A stretch of 64,000 bases of DNA. Origin: Lepidodermella squamata. Taxonomy: Eukaryota > Animalia > Gastrotricha. The stretch lies in assembly GCA_047495785.1 (NCBI GenBank), contig JBLDXI010000028.1:372001-436000 (forward strand), given 5' to 3'. Positions 1 to 12,574 of the stretch are shown in pieces. A model generated the notes under the pieces. It searched no databases. It was not told the origin of the DNA and worked only from the letters and a program-made list of their open reading frames with translations. Made by a program: the position numbers and the translations under genes. Numbering within the stretch: the stretch's first letter is position 1; each line of letters opens with the position of its first letter.

Positions 1-679
1 TCTTCGCATTGTCATTCAACTTCATTTTCGCTATTTGCTCAGCTTTCGCAATGATCACCACTAAATTATTGCAGTTTCCCATCCATTCCGCATCGAACCG
101 TTTTGATGCGGGTGAAACCGCCGAAACGGGAAGTAATTCTTGCCAAATATTGACCCATTGTCGCAATATAGCGTCACAGCAAGCCCATTAGCTTCGCTCG
201 AAATCTCTCGACAGGGCACAAAAAGCGGCAAAATCAAGAGGAGTGAAGAGCAACGCCATTTCTAATCATTGCTTTCATTCATTCATTCATTTGTGTTATC
301 GATCAAAAGCGGACACTTTCGGAATAAAACAAACTACGCATTATTCATAGATGTAGCATGCAAATGCAGGATATATCCGGCAGTATTTATTGCATATGCA
401 TCAGCGACCAATAAAATCGATTGTATTTATACAAGCGCTATAACTCTTTTATAGCCTCGCAGTTTCCGTCGCACACGCACGCTGTGAACCATTTTAGCTG
501 ACCGTGTTTTTTACAATCCGCAGGCTGGCAATATTAGAGTTCCGCTGAGATTAGTTTTCGATTTATTTTGAACGCATTATTTGATTACACAAAGGATTGC
601 GTGAATTGGCGGTTGGTCCTTGTGTGGAATTTCAGGCGACCTGATTTGCCAACATTTTTGTCCAAAAATATTGTTGAAA

Positions 680-2457
680 ATGTCTGGAAGCAAAGACTTG
701 AATGCGACTATAACTAAAATGTGAGTTGATAGCACAAATTTGGCAAATTTGTTGCTGAATTTCGCCTTATTTCTTTAGTTCCGCGGAGCTAAACTCAGCG
801 ACGGATTCTCGCAAGTTGGAGTTGCTTTACGAGCTGTTGAAGAATGAGACCACCCATATGGTTTCGATGGCAAGATTTGTCCAGCTGCTAACTCACACTG
901 GTCTACGACGATCAGATCCTCGATTGAAACAATTCTTCAAGAAACTCAAAGTTTGTGCTGGACATTCCTCTGAAGAAAGTGACGAGGGTGGCATAAGTGA
1001 AGATTTACAGCTTTCCCGCGATCAATTCATCGACTGCATTCAGGTATGTGTAATTCTCATGTTTCAGGTACGATATAAGTTTTGGCTGATTACAGGAAAA
1101 TTGTGAATTGATTTGCCAAGCCTTGGAGGGCGAATTCGTTATTCCTGAATTTAACAAATTCTGCCGTTCAATCGACAATCTCTTTGAAAGCTGTCGAAGC
1201 AATGTTGGTGGTAAAGTGGCCAGTTACATCCCTCAACTAGCCCGGTTCGACCCTAACTACTGGGCTATCTCAGTTTGCACCGTCGACGGTCAGCGATACT
1301 CAATCGGAGACACAAAAGTGCCATTTTGCCTCCAATCTGCGAGCAAACCTTTGAATTATGCGATTGCTTTGAATGATTTGACTCCCGAGGAGGTTCATTC
1401 TCACGTTGGCCAGGAGCCGAGTGGCCGATCCTTCAATGAACTGAGCCTTGATTACCACAAAAAGCCTCATAACCCAATGATTAATGCAGGAGCTATCGCT
1501 ATTTGCTCCCTCCTGAAAACTGAATGGTCTATGTCAGATCGCTTTGACTACGTATTCAACGAATATAGGCGACTGGCTGGGGGTGAGTACGTCGGCTTCA
1601 GCAATTCTACGTTCCTTTCAGAGCGAGAAACAGCGGATAGGAATTTCGCCTTGGCCTACTACATGCAGGAGAATAAGGTTTTCCCAGGAAATGCTAAGCT
1701 GGCTGATACATTAGATCTTTACTTCCAATTCTGCTCGGTTGACGTGACGGCAGAATCCTGCGCCGTCATCGCCTCAACCCTAGCGAATGGCGGTATTTGC
1801 CCTCTAACTGGTGAGCGAGTTTTGGCTGGTGAAGCTGTGCGAAACACGTTGTCCCTAATGCATTCCTGTGGAATGTACGATTACTCAGGGAAATTTGCCT
1901 TTAAAGTCGGTCTACCGGCGAAATCTGGCGTCTCCGGATGTATCATGCTAGTAGTTCCTAATGTAATGGGCATCTGCACCTGGTCCCCGCCTTTGGACGA
2001 ATTAGGCAACTCGGTTCGAGGCATCCAATTTTGTGAAGATCTAGTCCGAGTTTTCAATTTTCACAACTACGATAATGTGAGGTACTCTGGCTCGCAAAAG
2101 TACGACCCCAGGCGGCGCGAAATTCAATCGCAGTCGAATCAAGTCGTAGCTCTCTTATTTAGTGCTGCAAATGGCGACGTTTCGGCCCTGAGGAGGTTCT
2201 ACCTTCAAGGGCTTGATATTTCAATGTCAGATTATGATGGAAGAACTGCCTTGCATTTGGGAGCCGCCGAGGGGCATTTGGATGTCGTGAAGTTCATCCT
2301 TGAGAAGTGCCACTGCAATCCATCGCCTCGAGATCGCTGGGGATTCTCGCCGCTCGATGATGCTGAGAGATTCGGAAGGACTCAGGTTGTTGAATACCTG
2401 AAAAGTTACGGCAAATCCAATGTCAACTCTCAAGGAAGTGATCCGAGAAAGGTCTAA
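680..2457 (+). CDS. GLS: Glutaminase, kidney/liver type with C-terminal ankyrin repeats; 3 exons (680-720, 779-1043, 1096-2457)
   Basis: GKVASYIPQLA, catalytic QSASKP (SxxK), PHNPMINAGAI, GLPAKSGVSG and ankyrin DYDGRTALHLGAAEGH motifs. The N-terminal TGLRRSDPRL segment joins in frame through 58- and 52-nt GT-AG introns. Confidence 0.95.
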
Positions 2458-3013
2458 GTGGGAATGAACCTTTCCCGGTGAATATTTTGTTATCTCCGTT
2501 TGCTTTTTCTGGTAGAATTATTTTTACACAACAGCCGTTCGAAATTATTTAATAAAGTCACGTTTTCTGTTTTGAGATTCGAGAAGTGTGTTTTCTGTCC
2601 ATTTTGCCCTCGCCGAATTTTGAGCGAACTTCTTCCATAGGTGCAAGTTTTTTATTGTTTATTTACATTTAGATAGCAATAGCCACACCATGATTTGCCT
2701 CCTTTCAGACGCTGTGTGACGTCATGGGACACTGTTTTGTTCTTGAATGCGACGAATTTCATCCACGTGTGCGTTAGATAACAAACCAGACATTGCAAAA
2801 CGGATTCCTTCAGCATGAAACCAGTTCTAAAACCCTGGGCGTAACTTTCCCACCCAGTGAGACGTAGTGTTTCCATGCGATAAGGCTCTATTATTTTTGT
2901 TTTTCTTACCCCCTCAAAAATCACGAGACCGATTACGAAGCTGGTAAAAAATTGCTCACGGCGTGGGAAGCTCCGACATGCCGACAGTTGTTTTCGCAGA
3001 CTGCACCCAGCAG

Positions 3014-3020
3014 TATAAAT
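3014..3020 (+). promoter_or_regulatory. TATA box of the thyroglobulin-repeat gene
   Basis: TATAAAT about 55-60 nt upstream of the ATG at 3075. Confidence 0.5.
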
Positions 3021-3074
3021 AGGCTAGGGGAACCCCTAAATCTTCACAATTGATCAAGTTTCAATAACCTTACA

Positions 3075-4477
3075 ATGAAATTCATCGTATGTTTGGCCGT
3101 CGCCGCGTTTTGCGGTGTTGCCTCTGCTGAAATGGGGCCTTGCCACCGTGAGCTCAAGGGCCTCACCTCCATGATCGCCCGCCCCGGTCTCCACAAGCCT
3201 CAGTGCCTTGAAGATGGCTCGTACAACCCCCGCCAGTGCCGTGAAGCCGTCTGCCAGTGCGTTGATACCCAGGGCAAGCCCACCGGCCACTCCGCTAACG
3301 TTGGCTCCGCCTACAAAATGACTTGCCAGTGTGCCCGCGACCAGGCTGAGTTCCTGAAGACCGGCATGGTCGGTCTTATGTTTGACTGTGACGAGCTCGG
3401 CAACTACAACGCCGTTCAGTGCACCGGCTCAGTTTGCCGCTGCGTCGACACCAAGGGCAAGAAGCTCGAGGCTGTTGAAGAAGTCCACATCAGCCAGATT
3501 TCGACTCTCCCCTGCGCCCAGCACGAAGACAAGCGCGAGGCTGTTGAACAAGGTGCCTGCGCCCGTGAGCTCGAGCTCCTCGAACAGGGCCCGGTTCGTC
3601 TTGGCCAGAAGAAACCAGTCTGCCGTGAAGATGGCTCGTACCACCCCCGCCAGTGCTTCGGCTCTGTCTGCACCTGCGTCGACTCCAAGGGCCGCCCGAC
3701 AGAAGTCTCGGCTCACATTTCCCAGGCTGCTGATATGAACTGCGGTAAGCTTCAAGTTACTACTTCTAGTTACTCTCAGAGTCTCAACTCCTAAATCAAT
3801 GCCTTCCAAAAATTAAAAAAATGCCTTGTCGAATTCATTGATCACAATTTTGTGTTTCAGAATGCGCTCGCAAACAAGCCGACTACCAGCGCAAGGGCAT
3901 GGTTGGCCTCGTTGGTCTCACCTACTCGTGCGACGCCCTCGGCAACTACAACCCCGTCCAGTGCATCGGCTCTGTTTGCCACTGCGTCGACCAGGTCGGT
4001 CAGCGTCTTGAAGCCATCGAAGCCGTCCCGATCCACATGATCTCGACCTTGAACTGCGCTGCTGACAAGCGTCAAGCCGTCGAACAGGGTGCCTGTGCTC
4101 GTGAAGTCGAACTCATCCAACAGAGCGCAACCATCCGCATGGGCGGTCGCCACAAGCCTCAGTGCCTCGAAGATGGTTCGTACCACCCTCGTCAGTGCCG
4201 CGAAGCCGTCTGCCAGTGCGTTGACAGCCAAGGCATCCCCACCGGCCACTCTGCTAACGTTGGATTCGCCTCGAAGATGGACTGCGAATGCGCCCGTGCT
4301 CAGGCTGATTTCATGAAGACTGGCATGGTCGGCCTCCTCTTCTCCTGCGACAATCTCGGCAACTACAACCCTATCCAATGCATCGGCTCTGTTTGCCACT
4401 GCGTTGATCGCAAGGGCCAGAAGCTCGAGGCTGTCGAACCCGTCAGCATTGGCGAAATTCACAAGCTCCAATGTTAG
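3075..4477 (+). CDS. Secreted thyroglobulin type-1 repeat protein (thyropin/equistatin-like) with six Tg1 domains; 2 exons (3075-3744, 3861-4477)
   Basis: Signal peptide MKFIVCLAVAAFCGVASA and six repeats of C...(P/F/Y)xC-xxxG-xY-xxxQC-xxxxCxCVDxxG. Intron 3745-3860 (GTAAGC...TTTCAG) joins the two ORFs in frame (MNC-E-CARKQADY). Confidence 0.9.
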
Positions 4478-4732
4478 AACTCTCCGAATAATATAACTTT
4501 AGGCTGCTTATTATTAGCGATCTGCTTTTCTTCAGACAAATGAAAGTCAAAATTGAAAATAAATAAGTTACCGGAAAATTCAGAAGCTGATTTTATTATC
4601 AAAGCGCAAATCTACAAAAAAATAAGCTTGACTTGACAAAAATTGTATAAAATCGCTATAAATCGAACAAGTTTAACCAGTTTTCACTCCCTGATGAGGT
4701 AAAATGAAAGAGGGTAGCCAGGCAGAAGGGTA

Positions 4733-6654
4733 TCAATACGTTTGTGAGCTCGGAATACCTTGGCGAGTCGGCGATGGCGGTAACATTGAAACCGCAGCAT
4801 TTTTTGCCGTAGTCAAAATGATTGTCGTAGTGCCATCGGACTGATCATCATTGTAAGGATAGGCAGAGGATGATTCGGAAGAATTTGTCGTTAAACTGGA
4901 TAGGGCTGATACTGAAAACGGAACTTTGGCAACAATAGGTCTACTTTCTTCACAGGGCGAGACAGCTGTCAATGTTGAACATGAAGACTGCTCGTTAGCG
5001 CCGTAGCCTCTAACTCGCGCATAAACAGGTTTTAAAGTAGGATTCGACGGAGATCTGTAGGGTATAGGATACTGGACCTGTGGTTCCTCGGTCAGACCTT
5101 CGATTCCATACTCGAAACTCGCGGGTTGGTCATGACTAACTGGTGCTACTTGACTTGTCACTATTTTGTTCGCAAAAGAGACCACGACAGTATGCTGCCG
5201 CTGTTTCCTCTCCTCACAGTCGAGGGTCGGCCCAGATCCAGGCGACGGGATGCTAGTTCTAATATTTTCACAATCCGACCTAGCCATTGACTGCCGATGA
5301 CTTTGTTGAGCAAGCAAACCATGGCCAGTTCCGTAATTCAGCGAGTAATGCAGGGTTGACGCGTCATCCCCGCCGCCGTGATGGCCACCTGAAGTCGTCG
5401 ATGACATGGGGACATCGTCACCATCTTCGAGGGGTTGATTTAGCAAACTGCCAAAAATTATGGAGCACATCCAGGCAACAATAGAGGCTATGTAGACAAT
5501 AAGAGGTATGACGATGTGTTTTGTGAGGAAGGTTGGATCTGATTCGTCTTGATTCTCCCTAGAATCGCTGCCTGGTGGAGGTTCTGACCCCAATACTGCA
5601 GGCGCATACTCACGAGTCGCGTCAATGTAAACCACGACGCATAGGAAGAGATTCGAGCCTATAATCAAGGAACTCCATAGTGTTGAGACGTAGCTAACTG
5701 TTAGCATGTTGTAGACGCAGGTTATTGAGATCGGGGCTGTTGTGGCGGTGACAGGAAGTGGTGGGGGCGATTGACTCTCACCGACTTTTGTTCCTATTTC
5801 CGAAGAAGGTCTGGAACAAAGCCATCTTTTCGTTGCCAATTTCTGATTCGCTTCCTCTTGCCGTTTTCTCCTGAACACCTGAACAAGTTTATAAACTAAG
5901 GAACAATTTATTAACGCTATTGAATTCCCAAATATTCTCAAACTCACTTGTCACCAGTAAGCAGGCTACCCATATAATTAGAAAGAATATGGCAATGAGC
6001 ACAAGAAGTTCTGTAAAACAGGTGTGAATATCGGAGAACTAGGTTAAAAGGAATTTTTTACTGTTGTTCGTATAGATTAGGACGTGGCTAAGTGACATGC
6101 CCCATAGAAAGACGGAAATGGCAGCGGTTGTGGTGAGGAGATGCACTTCCTTCGTCGACTGAAACTGCAGCGTCACCATGCCCCAATTTATTAGCTATAA
6201 TATCAATGTGGCCACCGAAATCTTCTTCCGTGGTCTCATGTTTACAAAGATGCAAAGCCTATAGAATGGGAAATATTTATCATAAATTCAGCCGGCGGTT
6301 TTCTGAGTGTTCGGAATATTGTAATTATTAGCTCATCGAAGTCGCATTTCGACCTGGAGGACCGAAGACGGTATACGAGTTTCTCCAAATCCTCTACTAT
6401 ACGGCGTGGTACTAGTGGGCCCTCGTGAAATATTAATCATAAGAAGCTCATTGCTGGACGAAAATCGCGCGCGAGGGCAGAGCAGCAAACACAAAATCGA
6501 TTTGTGGCAAGAGGTAACACGCGCCGTGCAGTGCGAGTAGAGACCAGCCAGCATCGATCTGATCACTGAGGAGGGCACAACAAGACACAAGACACAACAT
6601 TATATGCATTAACTGAAAATTGTCTTGATTCTTAGTGCATTTTATTGCTTGCAA
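4733..6654 (-). CDS. Divergent multi-pass membrane protein, possibly 7TM/GPCR-like; 5' exons uncertain
   Basis: Exons about 6194-6062, 6010-5948 and 5895-4733 splice in frame through introns of about 50 nt. They give four hydrophobic helices, a basic loop (RRKRQEE) and a long S/T/P-rich tail. Upstream ORF 6448-6654 has further hydrophobic segments but could not be linked unambiguously. Confidence 0.45.
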
Positions 6655-9011
6655 AGATTTGTTTTGACAACAGGGTTTAAATGAGACTGCGATAATTCGG
6701 GCAGTTTCCTTTTTTCCAGAATGGGCAATGCATCAATACTCAACTAGCGGTGCATGGGCGAAAAAGTGAAAGAAACGCGCATGATCGCGCTGATAACTTC
6801 CGCATAGCTCAATTCGCCTGCTTATGTAAATAATGCTTAAAAAGTACAGGCGTCGAGACCTCTAGTTATACGCGCCAAGGTAATCGGTTTCATCGGTATA
6901 AATAAACAACGGGGGTGTACGGCTCGCCTCTATAACCAGCACGGCTCATTTTCACGCGATGCAGACTATTTTTACTTCATAAAGCGCAATCGCCATAAAT
7001 TGTTCGATTGTAGCTGCTGACTACTGACTAGCTATTACTGAATGCGACAGATTCACCGCAGAGACGAGAAACTACACAGGTTCTAGGTTTGCAGATTACA
7101 GAGAAAGGGCGATTTGAATTTGTATGGCTATAAATAGCCTATGACCGACGTGCCATCAGATAAAGTACCTAAAATTCTGCAAGCGAAAACTGAAGGATTG
7201 GAACATTTTCGAAAAGTTTCAAACGTCGATTTTTACTAAAAGTAAGTTTTGGGGAAGTTGGAGAAATGCATGGGTCAAGTGCCTGCTGATTCTTGATTCT
7301 TGATAATTATGATTAATTGCGATAACGGCTGGAGTTTCCAACCACCCTGATGAGACACCATAACTGGGGGGTTGTTTTGCAGGTGAAGCTCTAGGTTGTT
7401 ATGCAATTGCATTGGCAGAGAATTGCTTCAAAACATCAACATTTTCAACTTTTCGATCGAGGGAATAAATGCAGTTGATGAGGCTATCCGGGATTAGCTT
7501 AACTCTTCCTCGAACCTCATCGGAAGGTTACCTACTTTGTGCTTGTTTTTTCGCGAAATATTTCGGTGGGTAGGTAGTTAGTTAATGATGCGAGATACAA
7601 ATGTCGCTACGGGCATACTACCCTGATTTCCACGTCCTCGACTGTTCATAAAGCTGACTAATGAAAGACGAAGGTTCAAATACGGAATGAAATACCTGTC
7701 ATTTCCCTAATAAAATTCGTATCGACGTTTCGCCATGGAGGGTTTTCCTGAAATGTCCTCGATGTAAAAGGCTGATAATTGGAAGAATATCTGCTCATGT
7801 AGCGAGAACAGTAATAAGCAGAACATAAGCAAATAATATTAATTGCGAAAAACAGCTAGTATTGTGCGCAATATTGGTTACTATACTGACATGATAATAA
7901 CGAGCCACTTGGCCTGCTCTCCGCCGTCTCTTTTTATGAGTCGCAAAAACAAAGTCCGAACCCATGGGACGGGATTAGGCCGGTTCAGCATTAGAGCGAG
8001 TACCTATTGTTCATGGAAAAAACGATCAGCTGCTCACAGCGCTATGGGGATAACATAAAATCAGCCCATTTCCGAGCCGATAATTGGCAACCAATCAGTC
8101 GCCTGGTTTTCAAGCGCGCAGGAAATTGGCGATACTATCCAGCCGTTATTATATCATTGAATGGCGGCTGCAACTAGCACACCTGTCCGCGTTATTTACG
8201 CCGCCGTCTTTATAAAACTCATTTAGCCAACAACGCCGCAAGACGTCGCCAGATAATAGAACACCGGCGGGCGATCGATGACACTCGCTGCATCAATTTT
8301 TCATATTTACGCCAGCATCTTCGCGCCTCGATGCGCACCACTGATTTCACGTTCGCTGCACTCGATCACTTATAGTTTTTATTCAAAAAAAACCAGATTT
8401 TTACTTCACCCGCCAAGCAGTGTGCATTAGATCAAAAATAGTAGAATTCCGTCAATAACGCACGACATTACAGCCGAAACAAAATATTATATACGACAAC
8501 AACACTTTAGTAATACAACCCGCGTGCAGAGTAGCTCTGAATATTGTATCAAAATAAAACCGAGAGTCGATAGAATAAAGCCGTCACGAAAATTAAGTGA
8601 GCAACAATGAGAAATATTTCACGCGACCGAATAAAACAATCAAATCAAATCAAGCAATTGGTAATTCAACAAATCGAGGAAGATGTGAATTTGGCTGAGA
8701 AAAATTATTATATCGAATTACGCTTTTTCAGATTCTTATTTTTTCTTGAGTGGAATGCTTTAGACCATAAAGCTATAACGAAGAGAATTGTTCATTATGG
8801 ACGTAAAATTCGGGAAGAAAAACACAACAACATTCCAAACATCAGCTAATTATATGAAGAAGACATCGTCAGTTCACTCGAAAAAATGGCAGAGGAAAAC
8901 TAAAGAACCACGGCTAAAAATTCACCGGATAAACGCCATGAAAATTTAGAAACGAAAGCTATGATGAGATTACAAAAAAGACGACTGATGGCCATGAAGT
9001 GAAATCTCTGA

Positions 9012-11599
9012 CTAGTAAACGCGCTGTAACTCAACAGCCCAGTTTGCGTGGTCATAGAACGATCGCACGATTTTGAGGTTCAACTTCACATTGCGATGGC
9101 TTGACATCGGACTAGACGAATTAGTTTCAACAGCGGTTAAGCACGGAGATGAGGCTGTCGTGACCGGGCGATGCGGCGGTTTTTTCGTGCAATGGACGTC
9201 GCTGAGGTCTTGGCACTCGCGATTCAGCGTCTCGACTAGGCTCTCCAATTCGCCGCGGCAAAACACGTGGTAATACCGGTAGAGGGCACGTTGGCTGGTC
9301 GGCTCATTATTTTCACAACTGGCTGTTTCAGCTACTGGCGACGGGGTTTCAACTGGCACTTCTTTGTTCGCAGGCTTGTTGACGAGTCCATTCGGGCTTT
9401 TGTCACGTTTCGATCGCAGAAATGGCGGCAACATGCGGGAAAACAGCGACGGCGTTGGCTCTGGGTTCGTTTCCGGTGCAGAACTGAACAAAATGAAATA
9501 GGGTAATTTTATTAAGGTATCTAAACAAATCTAGCTAATGTGTCAATTTAATAAAAATTGATAAACAAATTTGAAAAAAATATTTTTCAAGGGGTGCTCC
9601 TGTTACCGGAACCAAATTAAGGAGAGCGGAACCAAGTTTTGGAATATTCAAGTGTTCCTGAAACCACTTTTCAGAACTTGAAAAGCTATTATTTAGACCA
9701 GCGTTATTGTAAATAAATTATTTTCAAATTTAGCGAGAAATTCTGTAAAAGACTTGGCAGTCATTGCCAGAAAAATCTCAGAAAAATAGAAAGTGCCATA
9801 AGAATAATATTTCTCTTGTGAATGGGATTAAAAAATCCGAAGACATTTGATCCAGCCAGGTAAAAACCGAAAATTACCAAACCAGTTACCATTGGGGTTT
9901 TCAATTTTCAATTTCTTCGGTAAAATCTTAAATAAAGGATGAAAGAATCCCCCAGAGGGCATTATTTCGAAAAATTAGTTTCATTTATTCAAAAAATTCG
10001 CAAAATGAAAAATGGTTGAGAAAATTATAGGGCATGCTGTATATCGTTAGCGACGCGCCAAAACAACCACTTTACTATTTATAGATTTTATGAGGAAAGT
10101 ACGTTCGAAATTAGGAAAAAATCGGTGATCAAAACGCCTAACGTACTTCAACATTACGTTAGGCGACTAAAAGTACGATCGAATGAGTCATCTAAGTGGT
10201 TGTTTTGGCGCATCGTTAACGATATATTTGGCCCCGCCAAATTATTATTTGTTTTTAAAACTTCTGATATCGAAAAATCCTTAATTTTTACTTGGAATCG
10301 ATATCGGTTCTACAAGCTGGATTGGTATGAAGCTGAAAAGCGAGGCAATCACTTACATAGCTGCTGATAATGAGCTTTTCCTGCTAGCCGCCACATCGCC
10401 ATTGGTGACACTGCCGTTTTCGTCGTTGAGCTTTTTCACAATATTATCGACTGACACGTTGATTGCGCTATTGCCATTCGGCCAGTTAGGAAATTCCTCG
10501 AACACAACCCGATGGCCATTTTTCACCGGCCAAGCCGTTTCGGGCGTCACCGCGACTGAACTCGCTTTTTTCAGGCGACCGCGGCTAGGCGATGGCGCAT
10601 CGACGTCGGCTGGCACTAGAATGTCCTGGGCTGAGAAGTTGCGACGCGGCTGTTCGAGCGCCCAGACGTAGACTAGCAAACGACCGCCGTCGGGTCGCAG
10701 CAGCCGGCCTAATTCGCGGAGAGCCTGAACTCGCCGGTCGACGGTTGAGAAGTGATGCAGCACTCCGACAGAAACAACACCATCGAAGCAGCCATCTCGG
10801 AAACCTAAATAGGTAAAATTACGAATGTGAATTGAACCTCTTAAAATCAACATTTCATGGACCTTTGGACCTTATGGAACCCTTACCAGCAATTTTAAGA
10901 ATTTCGTAAGTGAACTTTGCCCACTCAACCAAAAAAGGCTGATATGATGGTTAATAAGTGGAAGTAAAATTTTTAAACCGCGAGATTTTAATGAAGTTAT
11001 TGAGGTAAGCGAAGATATCACATTACCCCACCGCCAGTTAAAATCGGACTAAAAGGAAAATTATTTCGACGTGAAAACCCGAGTTTGGTGGTAAGCAAGC
11101 TCAGCCACTTGGAAATATAATTCATAATCTGAATTTTTTCAAAATCATTCTTTTTTTGAATTTTCTAACAATTTTTTTCCAATTTTTTAATTGAATAAAA
11201 TTCATAAAATTTACCCAACGACAAGTTATTCGAAGCCACAACGTCACAGGCCGGCGTTTTCTCGGCATAAGCCACCGCAGATTCCAACAGATTGGCACAC
11301 AAATCGACAGAAATTATCGCTAATTTGCCATTGAGCGCAGCCTCGGTCGCCATGTACTTGCCATCGCCGCAGCCGACGTCGCAAACCAGTGCTCCGTCGT
11401 CTAGCGAGTCCAGAAAGCTGACAACATTCGGCCAGCGGCGGTTCTCCGGCGTTGTGAAGCAGTGCGCGATTTCTTTGTACACATCGTGCACGAATTGTTG
11501 CTCGACGAAAGACGGGCTTTTCGACAGCTGATCGGTCGCGTTGTCGCTGAAATTAGGCTCGGGTGTCAATGTCGCAGCCTCGCACAATGCCGACGTCAT
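9012..11599 (-). CDS. TRMT9B: tRNA wobble-uridine methyltransferase Trm9-like (TRMT9B/KIAA1456 type); 3 exons (11599-11215, 10804-10357, 9483-9012)
   Basis: [30 protein letters not shown] (SAM motif I), [37 protein letters not shown] and YDHANW. No AlkB/RRM domains, so not ALKBH8. Confidence 0.85.
10040..10226. mobile_element. MITE of about 187 bp in TRMT9B intron 2
   Basis: 33-nt inverted repeats (TATATCGTTAGCGACGCGCCAAAACAACCACTT at 10040-10072, complement at 10194-10226, 2 mismatches). They end in TATA, consistent with a TA target duplication. Confidence 0.8.
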
Positions 11600-12574
11600 T
11601 TCAACCGGGAATCAGCCATTTTTTGTCGAGATTTTATTTGTCACAAAAACACAAATATCCCAGCAGGAAAAATTGGAAAAATCTACTATTAATATTCCTA
11701 CAAAATGAAAATAAAATGCATATTTCATCGTTTGAAATTCAAATTTTTCATAATTTAATTATTATGGAATGTTTCCATGATATCAACAAAAATAATGAAT
11801 TATGAAGAATATTTTACGATTCGGTTGGGAATGGAAGGCGAAAGAGATAGGCTTTGTTTACTCAGCAGTGTCACATCAGCGGGGGCGAACCTAAATAAGA
11901 AAATAAAAAGTCAACAGTCGAAAAACATCTGGCCTTAAAAAAACAGCAACAACATTTATGAATGCCCAGTAAAAAAATTAATTAACCAAATTTTCACGTT
12001 ATTACACAGAGCAATTTCTACAAAATGGTTATTTTAATCGATTTGTCGAAAATCGGAAAATAGAAAGCCTGATATAGGCTGAAAAATCCCCAACAAAACT
12101 CCCGAGGCAGTTTTAACAAGAAAATTATTACTAAAAGTTGAAAAATACATGAACATGTCACTTGATTATTGAATTATCGATTTTTTCACCCGCGTTTGAC
12201 ATTCAGCGTCCCATAACGTTATTTGACGAAAAAAGGCTGATCATAATTAATCACTAGGTGCAAAACGCATGGTAATTAAATTCTATTCCGCACCAATAAA
12301 CGCGCTACATTGGGAATTTTCTCAGAATTTTAATATAAAAACTACAGAGCGATCAGCCAAGTTTGAGTCTAAACCGGGCGAAGCCAAATTTTAGAGGAAA
12401 ATAGGGAAAATCAACGTCTACCATGTAAACATTATGTTCAAGACAGCAAACAGATTCGAATAATTTCCACGATTTTTCTAATAAATTGCCAAGTGTTTTT
12501 GTCCAAAATTTTTCCACGGACGAGAATAATTCCACAGGTACAAAAAAATCAAGTCGTGATAGACTATACGGAAA

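Noticed and set aside
3054-4471. Long antisense and alternate-frame ORFs over the thyropin gene (likewise over the ALDH, SMC3 and dynein genes)
   Set aside because: Shadow ORFs caused by biased codon usage of the real genes; no recognisable motifs.
6195-6197. Apparent in-frame TAG in the membrane-protein gene (readthrough or pseudogene)
   Set aside because: Better explained as the 3' splice site of a typical 51-nt intron starting GTAAAC at about 6245.
6700-9000. Short ORFs (7843-8058, 8607-8849) and a CTGATGA hammerhead-like core at about 7347
   Set aside because: No homology-like motifs or consistent splice chain. The hammerhead GAAA and stems are missing.
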